A stretch of DNA of 64,000 bases from Treponemataceae bacterium. Lineage in GTDB: Bacteria; Spirochaetota; Spirochaetia; Treponematales; Rectinemataceae. A model generated the notes under the pieces. That model was not told the DNA's origin. It saw nothing but the letters and a program-made list of their open reading frames with translations, and did no database searches. A program made the translations under genes and the position numbers. The stretch lies in NCBI GenBank assembly GCA_963667725.2, contig CAXXHO010000005.1, positions 608,001 through 672,000 on the forward strand, written 5' to 3'. Below, piece by piece: positions 48,576-59,276 of the stretch (positions within the stretch are counted from its first letter, which is position 1; every line of letters starts with the position of its first letter).

Positions 48576-49736
48576 ATGTTCACCTTTAATTCACCGACCA
48601 GACTCGTTTTCGGAAACGGCGTCGCCAGAACGGCGGCCAAGGAAATCGCCGCGATGGGTTCACGCAAGGTTCTCATCGTCACGGGTCCCGGCAGAACGGC
48701 TTCCTCGGAGGCCGTGGCGAGCCTGAAACTGAGCCTGGAAGAAGGCGGAATTGTCTATTTCCATTACGCGGGAGCGGGGTCAGACCCCACGACCTCCATG
48801 GTGGATGAGGGCGCGGCACGCTATAAAGCCGAAGGCTGCGACGCCATCATCGGGCTAGGCGGCGGCAGCCCCCTCGACTGCGCGAAAGGCATAGGAGCGT
48901 CGATCGGCGAAGGCAGACCCATAAGGGATTTCGTCGGCACGGGGCTCGCTTTCGGCGCTCCCGTCCCACCCCTCCTGGCGATTCCCACGACGGCGGGCAC
49001 GGGCTCGGAAGTGACGAACGCGGCCGTCTTCACCTATAGGGAGGGCGATAGAAAAGTGAAGAAGGGAACGGCGGGACAGTCCCTTTTCCCCCGCGTCGCC
49101 CTCGTCGACCCCCTCCTGCACGTCACCATGCCGCCCGAGCTCACCGCGGCAACGGGCATGGACGCCCTTACGCACGCGGTGGAAGCCTACGTGAGCAGAT
49201 CGCACACGCCGATAGCCGACCTTTTTTGCCTGGAAGCGATACGGCTCATCGGGGAGAACCTCAAAAGAGCGCACAAACATGGCGACGATCTGGACGCGAG
49301 GGCGGGCATGGCCCTCGCCTCGACGATGGCCGGCGCGGCACTGTCCCAGGCCGGCCTGGGCATGGTGCACGGCTTCGCGCACGCGGCCGGCGCACTGGCA
49401 GGCCTGCCCCACGGGCTGGCCAACGCGATCATACTCCCCTACGTCATGCAGGCATGCATTCCCGACGCCAGCATAAGGCTTTCCAACATCGGCAAGGCGC
49501 TGACGGGAAGGCACTCGGCCACAGCGATCGACGCCGTGGGAGCCATGGCGGAACTGGGCTCCGAAATAGGCATTCCGCCCAACCTTTTCAGCGCGGGGGT
49601 TTCGGAAGATCTCCTTCAGGCCATCTTCGACGACGCGAAAACCTACAAGCGAAGGCCGCAGAGCCCGCGCGCCTTCACCGACGAGGAACTGAAAATCCTC
49701 CTCCGAAAGGCCTGGTCGGAGAATATGGCGGAATAA
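48576..49736 (+). CDS. iron-containing alcohol dehydrogenase
   Basis: GGGSPLD, PTTAGTGSE, DALTHAVE and H...H...HG metal ligands. Confidence 0.9.
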   Translation: MFTFNSPTRLVFGNGVARTAAKEIAAMGSRKVLIVTGPGRTASSEAVASLKLSLEEGGIVYFHYAGAGSDPTTSMVDEGAARYKAEGCDAIIGLGGGSPLDCAKGIGASIGEGRPIRDFVGTGLAFGAPVPPLLAIPTTAGTGSEVTNAAVFTYREGDRKVKKGTAGQSLFPRVALVDPLLHVTMPPELTAATGMDALTHAVEAYVSRSHTPIADLFCLEAIRLIGENLKRAHKHGDDLDARAGMALASTMAGAALSQAGLGMVHGFAHAAGALAGLPHGLANAIILPYVMQACIPDASIRLSNIGKALTGRHSATAIDAVGAMAELGSEIGIPPNLFSAGVSEDLLQAIFDDAKTYKRRPQSPRAFTDEELKILLRKAWSENMAE

Positions 49737-49739
49737 CTA

Positions 49740-52700
49740 TTAGGCCTCGTCGGGGGCCAGGGCGGACTGCGAAAGACGCGATCCGACGGGAGTCTTCTCG
49801 ACAACGATGCAGGCGGGGATGCGCGAGCGCAAGGCACCCACATGGGACACGATGCCGATCACCCTCGAGCCGCGGATCTTGTCCAGCACCGAAATAGCCC
49901 GGTCGAGCGTCTCGTCGTCGAGGGAGCCGAACCCCTCGTCGATGAAGACAGCGTCGAGGGATACGCCGCCGTTCTGGTCGCGGATGGCGTCCGCGAGACC
50001 GAGGGCGAGACTGATGGAGGTGAGGAATTTCTCGCCGCCCGAGAGGGTGGTGGTGGGGCGGTCCAGGCCTGTCCAGGAATCGAGGACACGAAGGCCGAGG
50101 CCGATCTTGCCGCGGCCCGAACCGACGCCCGGGCCTTCCTCGGGTTTGAGATAATACCTGCCGTCCGACATCCGCGAAAGATGGACCGAAGCGCGCCTCG
50201 TCACCTCGCGGAAATACATGGCCAGAACGAAATTCTTGAAGGTGAGGCGCTTGCCCGGGATTTCGCCGCGCAGGAGTTCCGAAAGGCGATAGAGGCTACG
50301 GCTGCCCGCTTCGAGGGTATCCCGCTGCAGCAGGAGGGCGGAGCGGCGCGCGAGCGTTTCCTCGAGGCGGCCGATGGAGAGGCGGCAGGTATTGGAACGC
50401 TCGCGCGCCGCGTCCAGCGCCGCTTGCGCCTCGCGAAGGGCAGCCTCCAGAGAAGCCATGTCGGGCAGCTCCCGTCCGGGAAGGGGAAGATCGGCCTCGA
50501 GGGATGTTGCCAGGGCTCGCGCGGCGGCCAGGGACTCCCTGTAAGTGGAAACTGCCCGCTCCTCGGCGGCGAGGACTCCCTGAGGGAGCAAGCGGGCTTG
50601 TACGAGCGCGATGACCTGACCGAGGCCGCCGCAGCCTTCGCCCAAAACCGCTTCCAGCGCCGAGGCTCCCCGAGAGGGGAGCGCCAGGGCCGCGGCCTTC
50701 TCATCCTCCTGAAGGAAACCCTCCTGCGACAGCGACTCGGCGAGCCGGGAGAACTCGGCCCAAAGCGAAGCGATCGAAGCGTCCCTTTCGCGCTCTATCG
50801 TCGCCGATCGCGCCTTCGTCGTGGCGAGGTTTTCTTCCCAAGCCGAACATTCGGCCTCAAGCCGCGTTTTTTCATTTTCGAGCGCCTCGAGAGCCTTCAG
50901 CGCCGCGGCATGCCGGGGCGTTGGATCTTCCCGCCCCGATTCCCGCTCAGCCTCCAGAAGCAGCGCCTTCTTGGCCGCGAGATCAGCCCTGGCCTTTTCT
51001 GCCTGAACGCGAAGCGCCTCGAGAACTTCCGCCCTTTGGGCGAGAATTTTCTCCGAGCCCGCGGCCTCGCGGCGGCGCGCCTCAAAGCGGGAAGCGAGCA
51101 GTCTGCCTTCCGAGAGCGCCGCGGCATTCTCTCGCGAAAAGCGCGCGAGATACATGCCGAAGGAAGCCGTGGCCTTTTCGTCGAGGCGAGCGGCCCAGGA
51201 AGAGATTCCGCCGTCCCCACGGCTGATTTCTTCGGGTATAATCCCCGCTTCAGACAGCGCCGCGCCGACGGCTTCGACGCTCTCTCCCATCTCGGCGCCC
51301 AGGGCGTCGAGCGCGGCGCCTATTTCGCCTAACCTCTCGCCGGCGTGCGCGAGGCTGGCCGCGAGACCGGCCGAGTCGGCGGAAAGCCGCGCCCCGCGCG
51401 CCCTCGCCGACTCGATATCGGAGAAGGAAGGAGAGCCGCTTTCAACGCTAAGCGCCGCTGGCGAAGGATGATCCCGGGAACCGCAGACGGGGCAAGGCTC
51501 CCCGGGTAGCAGGCTCCCCGCCAGATGAAAGGCCTCGGAATGCGCGGCGGCAGCTTCCAAGGCTGCTAAGTCCGCCGCAACCTTTTCACCGGCGGCGACT
51601 GTTTCGCGATGCGCGATTTCATATTCGCGTTTCGATTTATTCGCTTTGGCGTAATCGACAAATAACGTTGAGCGACGCTTATTCAGCTCCGCGACGACGG
51701 CTATACCCGATGAAAGCGACTGGCGACGCTCCAGCTCGGCGCGCAGAAGAGCTTCCTCGTCAGGCTTCGGCTTCAACGCTTCGATTTCGCGCTTAACCGC
51801 GTCCACTCCGGCAACTTCGCTCGCATAACGTCCATCCAGTTCAAGGGAAAGCTTCTCGGCTCCGGCGCAAACCTCGAGAGCCTCGGCGCGGCGTTTCCAG
51901 ACTTCCATGGCCTTCCCCAGGCCGAAGACTTCCTGCCGCTTCGCCTGAATGAGGGAAGCGCATTCCCCTATCCTCGCGCGCCTGGCGTCGAGCTCGGGAC
52001 GGGCGGCCGCGAGAACGCGCAGCTCCTCCGAAAGAAGGGCGACGCGGCCCGACAGGTCGAGCGCCGCGGCCTTGGCCTTGGAAAAAGCCAGGGCAAAAGG
52101 AGCCGCCGAGGCCGCGGCCTTGGCAAGGCCCAGCCGCGCCGCCCGGGAATCCTCAGCCGCGCCCCTATCCTCCAGCGCCGCAAGAGCCTTGGCCGCATCC
52201 TGGGCCTTGGCCACCCGCGCCGCCCTTTCCTTTTCCCTTTCCAGCGCCCGCTCGCGGGCGGCCGCTTCCCCCATAGCCCCGGCTTCCAGCCCCAGGACCG
52301 TCTCTAGTTCCTCCCTCAGGGCGGCAAGCCTCGCGTCGGGATCCTCCCCAAGCTCAGCCTCCAGACGCGAAATCTCCGCGTCCAGCACCGAAAGCTCCAG
52401 CCGAGCGCCCTGCGTCCTCGCCTTCGCTATCTCCGTGATCCTCTCATGGAGCCCGACGGGAAAAAGCTTTTCGAGCACCTGACTTCTCTCGGTAGACTCC
52501 ATCTCCAGAAACTTCTGGAAATCGCCCTGGGGAAGGAGGATTATCTTGGAAAACTCGTCGGCGCTAAGCCCGATGAGCTTGGAAATCTTCTCGTTCGCGT
52601 CCCTCACCCCGTCGGCCAGCACGCGCCAGCCGCCTGGGTAAGCGGCGTCGGCCGCGAAGAAAGCCGCGGCGGGCGGCACCTCCGTCAGGCCGCCGCCGCG

Positions 52701-53003
52701 CTTGGGCCTCGTAAAAGGCGCCACGCGCAGAACCCTGTAGCCCGTCCCGGAAAGCGAAAACTCGAACTCCACCGTCGGCTTGTCGCCAAGCTTCGCGAAA
52801 TCCGACACAAGCTCGGCCTCGAAACCCTTCCGGGCGCCCGGCGCCTGGCCGAACAGCGCGTAAGTGATGGCGTCGAAAAGCGTGGACTTGCCCGAGCCTG
52901 TCTTTCCGCAGATGAGGAAGAATTCTCCCAATCGGGTAAAATCGATCTCGGCCCTATCGCGATAGGGCCCGATGTTTTCCAGGGCGAGCCTAATTGGACG
53001 CAT
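49740..53003 (-). CDS. sbcC: SbcC/Rad50-like SMC ATPase
   Basis: GKTGSGKS, LPQGDF, coiled coils, CPVC zinc hook, LSGGE and FIDEGFGSLD. Confidence 0.93.
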   Translation of the reverse strand: MRPIRLALENIGPYRDRAEIDFTRLGEFFLICGKTGSGKSTLFDAITYALFGQAPGARKGFEAELVSDFAKLGDKPTVEFEFSLSGTGYRVLRVAPFTRPKRGGGLTEVPPAAAFFAADAAYPGGWRVLADGVRDANEKISKLIGLSADEFSKIILLPQGDFQKFLEMESTERSQVLEKLFPVGLHERITEIAKARTQGARLELSVLDAEISRLEAELGEDPDARLAALREELETVLGLEAGAMGEAAARERALEREKERAARVAKAQDAAKALAALEDRGAAEDSRAARLGLAKAAASAAPFALAFSKAKAAALDLSGRVALLSEELRVLAAARPELDARRARIGECASLIQAKRQEVFGLGKAMEVWKRRAEALEVCAGAEKLSLELDGRYASEVAGVDAVKREIEALKPKPDEEALLRAELERRQSLSSGIAVVAELNKRRSTLFVDYAKANKSKREYEIAHRETVAAGEKVAADLAALEAAAAHSEAFHLAGSLLPGEPCPVCGSRDHPSPAALSVESGSPSFSDIESARARGARLSADSAGLAASLAHAGERLGEIGAALDALGAEMGESVEAVGAALSEAGIIPEEISRGDGGISSWAARLDEKATASFGMYLARFSRENAAALSEGRLLASRFEARRREAAGSEKILAQRAEVLEALRVQAEKARADLAAKKALLLEAERESGREDPTPRHAAALKALEALENEKTRLEAECSAWEENLATTKARSATIERERDASIASLWAEFSRLAESLSQEGFLQEDEKAAALALPSRGASALEAVLGEGCGGLGQVIALVQARLLPQGVLAAEERAVSTYRESLAAARALATSLEADLPLPGRELPDMASLEAALREAQAALDAARERSNTCRLSIGRLEETLARRSALLLQRDTLEAGSRSLYRLSELLRGEIPGKRLTFKNFVLAMYFREVTRRASVHLSRMSDGRYYLKPEEGPGVGSGRGKIGLGLRVLDSWTGLDRPTTTLSGGEKFLTSISLALGLADAIRDQNGGVSLDAVFIDEGFGSLDDETLDRAISVLDKIRGSRVIGIVSHVGALRSRIPACIVVEKTPVGSRLSQSALAPDEA

Positions 53004-54213
53004 CGGAAGCCTCCCTGGCCATGGCCTCGAAGAGGGCGACCATTCCCTCGGGAGGCGGCTCCCCCGTCATCTCGGCGTGAAAGGCGAGGAAATCATCCTT
53101 CGCGGTTTCCAGACGATCGGGAGCGCCGCGGCCGCCTCGCGCGCGCCGCAGCGCGTCCAGAGCTGCATCGCCATCCCCAGCGTCGCCCCAGCGCAGCTCG
53201 AAAGCCCGCTGCGGCGCGCCCAGGAGCCGCGGATACAGCGCCTTCAGCCTCTCCCCCGCGTTCAGCACCGGCTCCTCGTCGCAGAGATACACCTCGATAT
53301 AGTCGTCCCGATCCGCCTCGGGCAGGGGATTCGCTACAAGCTCGTCGAAAAAGCCCGAAAGACGGCGTACCTGCCGCTTGGGCGTGAGGGGCATCGACTC
53401 GATGCGCGGCGCCTTGCCCGCCAGGACCTCCACCGAAAGAAAACCCTTTACCTTCCCTGCCTCCCCCACCGAATAGGCGAGGGGCGCTCCGCAATACCAG
53501 ACATGAGGCGCCGGGCTCTGCTCGGAATGGAGATGGCCCAGGGCGACATAGTCGAAGCCCTCGAAGAGACCGCAGTCGACCTGCTCCGCCGCGCCCAAAA
53601 AGGCCAGCTCGCTGTCGCCCGCGAGAGCGCCCGAGGCGAAACAGTGCGCCACGAGGACATTCGCCGCGCCAGGCTCCAATTTTGAACGGATCGAGGCCAT
53701 CGCCAGCCTCATCAGCTCCTGCTGGGAGCGAATCGAAACGGGCGCTTCCCCGTCACCTGTGCCGCCCCCGTCGCCGATAGCGGCCAACTCTCCCCAATTC
53801 GCGCTCATCTGGGTCAGGAAGGGCAGGGCCCAGACGGCGACGCGTCCCGCGCCTTCCCCGACGACGAAGGCCGGCGAGCCTTCCATCCGCGTGGCGATGC
53901 AAAGCCCCGAATCGGCCAGGAGGGAGGCGCCGAAGGAAAGCCTCCCCGCCGAATCATGATTCCCCGACAGCACCACGATGCGCAGACCGGGCGCCGCCCT
54001 GCGGGCGGCGCCCAGAAAAGCGTCGAAAAGATGTATGGCCTCGACGGGTGGGATCGCCCTGTCGTAGATATCGCCCGCTATGAGGAGGGCGTCGGGCTTC
54101 AGCTCCCCGATCTTCGCGACCACCTGATCGAGAATATACGCCTGATCGTCGAGGAGATCGTAGCCGTGGAGCGTCTTGCCGAGGTGGAGATCGGAGAAGT
54201 GAAAAAATCTCAT
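52990..54213 (-). CDS. sbcD: SbcD/Mre11-like nuclease
   Basis: SDLHLG, AGDIYD, GNHD and LGHLH. Confidence 0.93.
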   Translation of the reverse strand: MRFFHFSDLHLGKTLHGYDLLDDQAYILDQVVAKIGELKPDALLIAGDIYDRAIPPVEAIHLFDAFLGAARRAAPGLRIVVLSGNHDSAGRLSFGASLLADSGLCIATRMEGSPAFVVGEGAGRVAVWALPFLTQMSANWGELAAIGDGGGTGDGEAPVSIRSQQELMRLAMASIRSKLEPGAANVLVAHCFASGALAGDSELAFLGAAEQVDCGLFEGFDYVALGHLHSEQSPAPHVWYCGAPLAYSVGEAGKVKGFLSVEVLAGKAPRIESMPLTPKRQVRRLSGFFDELVANPLPEADRDDYIEVYLCDEEPVLNAGERLKALYPRLLGAPQRAFELRWGDAGDGDAALDALRRARGGRGAPDRLETAKDDFLAFHAEMTGEPPPEGMVALFEAMAREASDASN

Positions 54214-54288
54214 GGGACTAGAATGCGGCGATGAAGCGCCGCAGGTCAAGGGAAATCCGCCGCCGGGGCCGCCGGCCCCGCCCCGCCG

Positions 54289-55131
54289 CTATTCGAACAG
54301 CTCCCCCAGCCACTCTACGCAGAGATACATCCAGGACGAAACATGAGGGTCGGGCTCCTTGCCCTCGACGCTCGTCTCCTCGGTGGCGAGCGAAAGCCCG
54401 TGGACCCCCTCGGGATAAACATGGTATTCGAAGGGAACGCCCGCGCGCCTCAGGGCGCCGGCGAAGAGAAGACTGTTTTCGAGCGGCACGGCCTCGTCAG
54501 CGTAGGTATGCCAGAGAAAGGTGGGCGGCGTCTTTTCGTTCACGTGCAGCTCCAGCGACACCTCCTCGAGCGCCTGAGGATCGGCCTTAGGCCCGAGGAG
54601 ATTCTCGAAGGAACCCCTGTGCGCGAAAGGACCGGAGCTGACGACAGGATAGCCCAGGATGAGGGCGTCGGGACGGTTCAGCCCCGGCTCGATCCCCTTC
54701 AGCGCCGCCGTGCCGCCGGGAGCGTTAAGCGACAGAGGATTGTCCCAGTAGACCCCCAGGCTCGCCGCGAGATGGGCGCCGGCCGAAAAACCGCAGAGGG
54801 CGATACGCCCGGGATGGATCATGTAAGCGTCCGCGCGCTTCCGGAGCATGCAGAGCGCCTTCGAAACGTCGAGAAGGGCGAGCGGGTAGCGCCTGGGCGC
54901 GACGCTGTAATGCAGGACGAAGGCGTGATAGCCGGCCGCGTTGAACTGCAGGGCCACCGGCTCGGATTCCCTCGGGGAGAGGAAACCGTATCCCCCGCCC
55001 GGACAGATCAGGACGGCCGCCCGTTTTTTGTTGCCGTCCAGGACATAGGTATCGATGACGGGAGCGAAACCATCGCCCATGTCGCCGCCGTATTCGCCCC
55101 TGCCCCATACATCGATCGTCTCGTGAATCAT
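54289..55131 (-). CDS. alpha/beta hydrolase (acetylesterase/lipase-like)
   Basis: PGGGY, GFSAG, D and HG catalytic elements. AAGGAG RBS before MIHET. Confidence 0.88.
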   Translation of the reverse strand: MIHETIDVWGRGEYGGDMGDGFAPVIDTYVLDGNKKRAAVLICPGGGYGFLSPRESEPVALQFNAAGYHAFVLHYSVAPRRYPLALLDVSKALCMLRKRADAYMIHPGRIALCGFSAGAHLAASLGVYWDNPLSLNAPGGTAALKGIEPGLNRPDALILGYPVVSSGPFAHRGSFENLLGPKADPQALEEVSLELHVNEKTPPTFLWHTYADEAVPLENSLLFAGALRRAGVPFEYHVYPEGVHGLSLATEETSVEGKEPDPHVSSWMYLCVEWLGELFE

Positions 55132-55208
55132 CGCCAGACTCCTTGCGTCTTTCATCATACATCAAAACGACGATGGTGCCAGCCCGATATTCATTGTACA
55201 ATTCCGCC

Positions 55209-55961
55209 ATGCTGCGCCTGCTGATCATCGACGACGAAGCCGCCATCAGGGCGGGAATCTCGGCCTACTTTCCCTGGGCGAGCCTCGGCATAGAGGTCGC
55301 GGCCACCTGCCAGGACGGCCTCGAAGCCCTCGCCGCGATGGAAACGACGAAATTCGACCTCGTCCTCTGCGACATCAGGATGCCCCGAATGGACGGCATC
55401 GCCTTCGCCGAAAAAGTGCGGGAACGCGGATACCCCTGCGACATCGTCTTCATAAGCGCCTACAAGGACTTCGCCTACGCCAAGAAAGCCATAGAACTAG
55501 GCGCCAGGGAATACATCGTCAAGCCGGCGGGCTACGAGGAACTCAACGAAGTCTTTTCGAAAATAGTGAAAGAACGCGCCGCCACCGCCCATCCCGACAG
55601 CCCCGCCCAGCCGGCCAGCCTGGCCGAGCGTACCCTGCGGATCTTCCGGCAGGACCTCGCCGACATCTGCCTCTCCTCTATCGCCGTAAAACTGAACATG
55701 AGCCCGAACTACCTGAGCGCGAAACTGCACCAGGAAACGGGCAGGACCTTCTCCGAACTCCTCCTGGACGCGCGGATGAAGGAGGCCGAACGCCTCCTCG
55801 CCGACCCCGCCAACCGCGTCGGCGCCATAAGCGCCCTCGTCGGCTACGCCAACCCTAAAAGCTTCATCCGCGCCTTCAGGCTCTACTTCGGCTGCTCGCC
55901 CACGGCCTACCGCTACGCGGCCAGGCAGCCCTCCAATAACCGGCATTCCTCCGATGAATAG
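55209..55961 (+). CDS. YesN-like response regulator (REC plus AraC HTH)
   Basis: IIDDE, DIRMP.MDG, KP and a C-terminal AraC HTH. Confidence 0.9.
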   Translation: MLRLLIIDDEAAIRAGISAYFPWASLGIEVAATCQDGLEALAAMETTKFDLVLCDIRMPRMDGIAFAEKVRERGYPCDIVFISAYKDFAYAKKAIELGAREYIVKPAGYEELNEVFSKIVKERAATAHPDSPAQPASLAERTLRIFRQDLADICLSSIAVKLNMSPNYLSAKLHQETGRTFSELLLDARMKEAERLLADPANRVGAISALVGYANPKSFIRAFRLYFGCSPTAYRYAARQPSNNRHSSDE

Positions 55962-57765
55962 AAAAGCGCCAGCCTGGGATTCACCCGCCCTGTCCTTCCT
56001 GAAGAAACTCCTCCTCTCCCTCCTGCCCGTCGTCCTGCCACTCCTCATGCTCGGCTTCGCGGCCATCTACTTCGCCAACAGCTTCATCAGCAGGGAAACA
56101 GCCACAGCCACGAGCCGCCAGCTGGACAACCTGAAGGACATGGTCGACGTCACCATGTTCGAACTGGACGCCCTCAACCTCACCTTCAGCGTCAATGCCA
56201 AGATAATCTCCACCGTCGACGACCTCCTGAGCGGCAAATCCCTCGGCGTCGAGGAAGTCACCTTCGCCAAGACCCTCAACGACCTATTGAGCGCCCAGAG
56301 CAACGCCCGCCCCTACGTGGACTCAATCTACTTCTACCTCGACCGCTACCCCGAGCGCCTCCTCTCCGTGACCGACGGCATCATGCATATGGATACCTTC
56401 ATGGACACTGACTGGGTTAAAACCTACGAATCCTTCCCCGAAAACCAGCTCCTGTGGACAGAGACCAGGGAAGTCCGCCACTTCAGCTTCGAAACGACGC
56501 CCCTGCCCCTCTTCACCGTCTACCGCCGCCTCTACCCCGCCAGCCACGGGCGAACCGGCGTCATCGTGATGAACATCGAGAAGAGCCACTTCGACGAACT
56601 CATGTCCCGGGCCTCCCAGTTCGAAGGCCAGGAAGTCTACCTCCTCGACCAGAACGGCCGCCTCATCCTCTCGGCAGGCGACAGGCGGGAACTCAGCGCC
56701 CTCAGCAAGAAAATCCTCGGCGAAAACAGGGAGACCCTGGCCAAACAGGCCTACGAAGGCTCGTCCTACTATACCTATTCCTCGGCCACCTCCCGCTACG
56801 GCTGGCGCGTCGTTTCCATAATCCCCGCCTCGAGCCTGGAAGGCTTTTCCGTCACCCTGAAAAAACTCATCCTTTGGATGCTGGCCATCGCCCTCCTCAT
56901 AGGCGCGGCCATGACCCTCTCTATAGCCCGAAGGAACGCGCGTAGGGTGGAAGCCGTCACCGAACTCTTCAAAAAAGCCGAGCGGGGCGAGGAACTCCCC
57001 GAAAACCCGCCCCTCCTCCACGACGAATACGACTACATGGTGGAAACCCTCATCCACAGCTTCCTTACCCAGCGCTACGCCGGCCTGCAGCTCTCCGAAC
57101 GCCAGGCCCAGGCCAAGGTTCTCGAGCTCAAGGCCCTGCGCGCCCAGATGAACCCCCACTTTCTCTTCAACACCCTGGGATCCCTCTACTGGATGGTCTT
57201 CGGCACCGAAGGCAGGCCCTCGCCTGCCTCCTCCATGATCCAGGACCTCTCCGTCCTCCTTAAATACTCCCTCGAGGAAAGCGAGGAAGTCAGCCTGGCC
57301 GACGAAATAGCCGCGGCCAAACGCTATCTGTCCATCCAGCGCTTCCGCTACAGCGAAAAATTCCAGGCGCAGTGGGAAATCGAGGAGGAAGCCCTCGGCC
57401 GCAAGGTCGTCAAGTTTTTCCTACAGCCCCTCCTCGAGAACGCCATCTACCATGGAATACGAAACAAGGAAGGACAGGGCCTGATCCGCATTAGGGCCAC
57501 CGTGGACAGGAAGGGAGGCCTCCTCCTCGTCCGGGTGGAAGACTCTGGCGAGGGCATGGACGAGGCGCGCCTTTCAGAAGTCCGCGCCATGCTGAAGGCG
57601 GAAACTCAGTCGGGCGACCACATCGGCCTCCACAACACGAACCGGCACATAGGGCTCATCTTCGGAAGCCAGTACGGCATCGACATAGAAAGCGCCAACG
57701 GCCGAGGCACGTCGGTCAACGTCACTTTTCCCCTGATACCAGCGGCGCCGCCCATCGTTGATTGA
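55954..57765 (+). CDS. YesM-like sensor histidine kinase
   Basis: Two TM helices, AQMNPHFLFNTL, LQPLLENAIYHG, DSGEG and HIGL.N. Confidence 0.92.
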   Translation: MNRKAPAWDSPALSFLKKLLLSLLPVVLPLLMLGFAAIYFANSFISRETATATSRQLDNLKDMVDVTMFELDALNLTFSVNAKIISTVDDLLSGKSLGVEEVTFAKTLNDLLSAQSNARPYVDSIYFYLDRYPERLLSVTDGIMHMDTFMDTDWVKTYESFPENQLLWTETREVRHFSFETTPLPLFTVYRRLYPASHGRTGVIVMNIEKSHFDELMSRASQFEGQEVYLLDQNGRLILSAGDRRELSALSKKILGENRETLAKQAYEGSSYYTYSSATSRYGWRVVSIIPASSLEGFSVTLKKLILWMLAIALLIGAAMTLSIARRNARRVEAVTELFKKAERGEELPENPPLLHDEYDYMVETLIHSFLTQRYAGLQLSERQAQAKVLELKALRAQMNPHFLFNTLGSLYWMVFGTEGRPSPASSMIQDLSVLLKYSLEESEEVSLADEIAAAKRYLSIQRFRYSEKFQAQWEIEEEALGRKVVKFFLQPLLENAIYHGIRNKEGQGLIRIRATVDRKGGLLLVRVEDSGEGMDEARLSEVRAMLKAETQSGDHIGLHNTNRHIGLIFGSQYGIDIESANGRGTSVNVTFPLIPAAPPIVD

Positions 57766-57910
57766 GCACCCTTTTCGTTGTTCGCGCTACCTTTCGCGGA
57801 AATTCGTGGTTTGGGCACCCCAATTCATAGCAGATAATCCCTATCGCGTATGAAAATACGGCTCTACCATCGAAGGGAACTTCCCTATCCGGGGAGCACA
57901 AGGAGGATCC

Positions 57911-59191
57911 ATGTTCAATAAAAGTTCGACCGGCAGATCCACGTTCGCCAAGATCGTGGCGATCGCGATGCTTTGTTTCGCCGTCGGCGGGGCTTTCGCC
58001 CAGAAGCAGACAACCATCCGCATGGCGTGGTGGGGCGGCGAAACCCGACACAAGGCCACCGTCGCCGCGGCCGAAGCCTTCATGAAGAAGTACCCCAACA
58101 TCACGGTCAAGACCGAATACCAGGGTTGGGAAGGCTACTACGACAAGCTCATCACCCAGCTCGCCGCGGGCACAGGCCCGGACATCTTCCAGTTCGCCAT
58201 AGCCTGGTTCGGCGACTTCCAGAAAAACCCCGAAATGTTCGCCGATATCAAGAAAGTCCCCGGCCTCGACATCGGCGGCTGGACACAGACCTCCTTCGAC
58301 TACTCCACCCTCGTCGGGAAGACCATAGGTCTCCCCCTCGGCGCCAACGGCCGCATCCTCGTCTACAACAAGACCCTGGCCGACAAGCTCGGCATAAAAA
58401 TCGACGGCTACCTGACCTGGGAAACCTTCGCCAAGACCATCAAGGAAGCCAGAGCCAAGGATCCCAGCGTCATAGGCTACTCCGGCACCATGGACCAGTA
58501 CGGCTACCCCCTCATCTCCTGGCTCGTGCAGAAGACGGGCAAGCCCTACATCTCAGCCGGCGCCGAATTCGGCTTCACCGAGAAAGACTTCGCCGAAGGT
58601 CTCGAAATGTTCAAAGGATGGTTCGCCGACGGCACCTTCCAGACCCTCGAGAAAACCGTTCTCCTGAAAGCCTCCTGGTCAGACCCCGACTGGCTCAACG
58701 GCAAGGTCCTCTTCAGCGAGACCCCCGTCACCCAGATCACCCAACACCTCAAATACAAATATGAGGTCGGCTTCACCCGCTATCCCGTCATCGCGGGCGC
58801 CAAGCTCACGGGCGTCGAGATCGGCCCGAACCTGATGTTCTGCGTCAACGCCAAAACGAAGGACATGGACGCCGTCGTCAAGCTCGCCAACTTCCTCAAC
58901 ACCGACCCCGAAGGCGCCAAGCTCATGGCCCTGGAGCGCGGCGTGCCGACGAACAAGCAGGCATACGACGTCCTCGTCAAGAACGGCATGATCGACAACG
59001 TCACGAAGATAGCCATGAAACTCATCGACGACACCGACACGGGCAAATTCTCCTACTTCGACCCCGTGGAAGTGCGCGACCTCCTCCACACCGCCCTCCA
59101 GCAGGTCGGCCTGAAAGGAAACGTGAGCGCCGACGCCGCGGCCAAGGAATTCTACACCAAGGCTTCCAAGGTCCTGAAGAACTTCAAATAA
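57911..59191 (+). CDS. carbohydrate ABC transporter substrate-binding protein
   Basis: Signal peptide, IRMAWWG, F.KKYPNI.V and PDIFQ. Confidence 0.9.
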   Translation: MFNKSSTGRSTFAKIVAIAMLCFAVGGAFAQKQTTIRMAWWGGETRHKATVAAAEAFMKKYPNITVKTEYQGWEGYYDKLITQLAAGTGPDIFQFAIAWFGDFQKNPEMFADIKKVPGLDIGGWTQTSFDYSTLVGKTIGLPLGANGRILVYNKTLADKLGIKIDGYLTWETFAKTIKEARAKDPSVIGYSGTMDQYGYPLISWLVQKTGKPYISAGAEFGFTEKDFAEGLEMFKGWFADGTFQTLEKTVLLKASWSDPDWLNGKVLFSETPVTQITQHLKYKYEVGFTRYPVIAGAKLTGVEIGPNLMFCVNAKTKDMDAVVKLANFLNTDPEGAKLMALERGVPTNKQAYDVLVKNGMIDNVTKIAMKLIDDTDTGKFSYFDPVEVRDLLHTALQQVGLKGNVSADAAAKEFYTKASKVLKNFK

Positions 59192-59276
59192 GCGACAGCG
59201 CTTTTCTTAGATGGCGCGAAGGCGGCCGCCCGACTGATCCACCAGAATCGGGGCGGCCGCCTTCGCCGGAGGATTC

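Noticed and set aside
51540..51900. Slightly AT-richer patch inside sbcC as an insertion or intein
   Set aside because: The frame stays open and encodes ordinary coiled coil next to the zinc hook, with no intein motifs.
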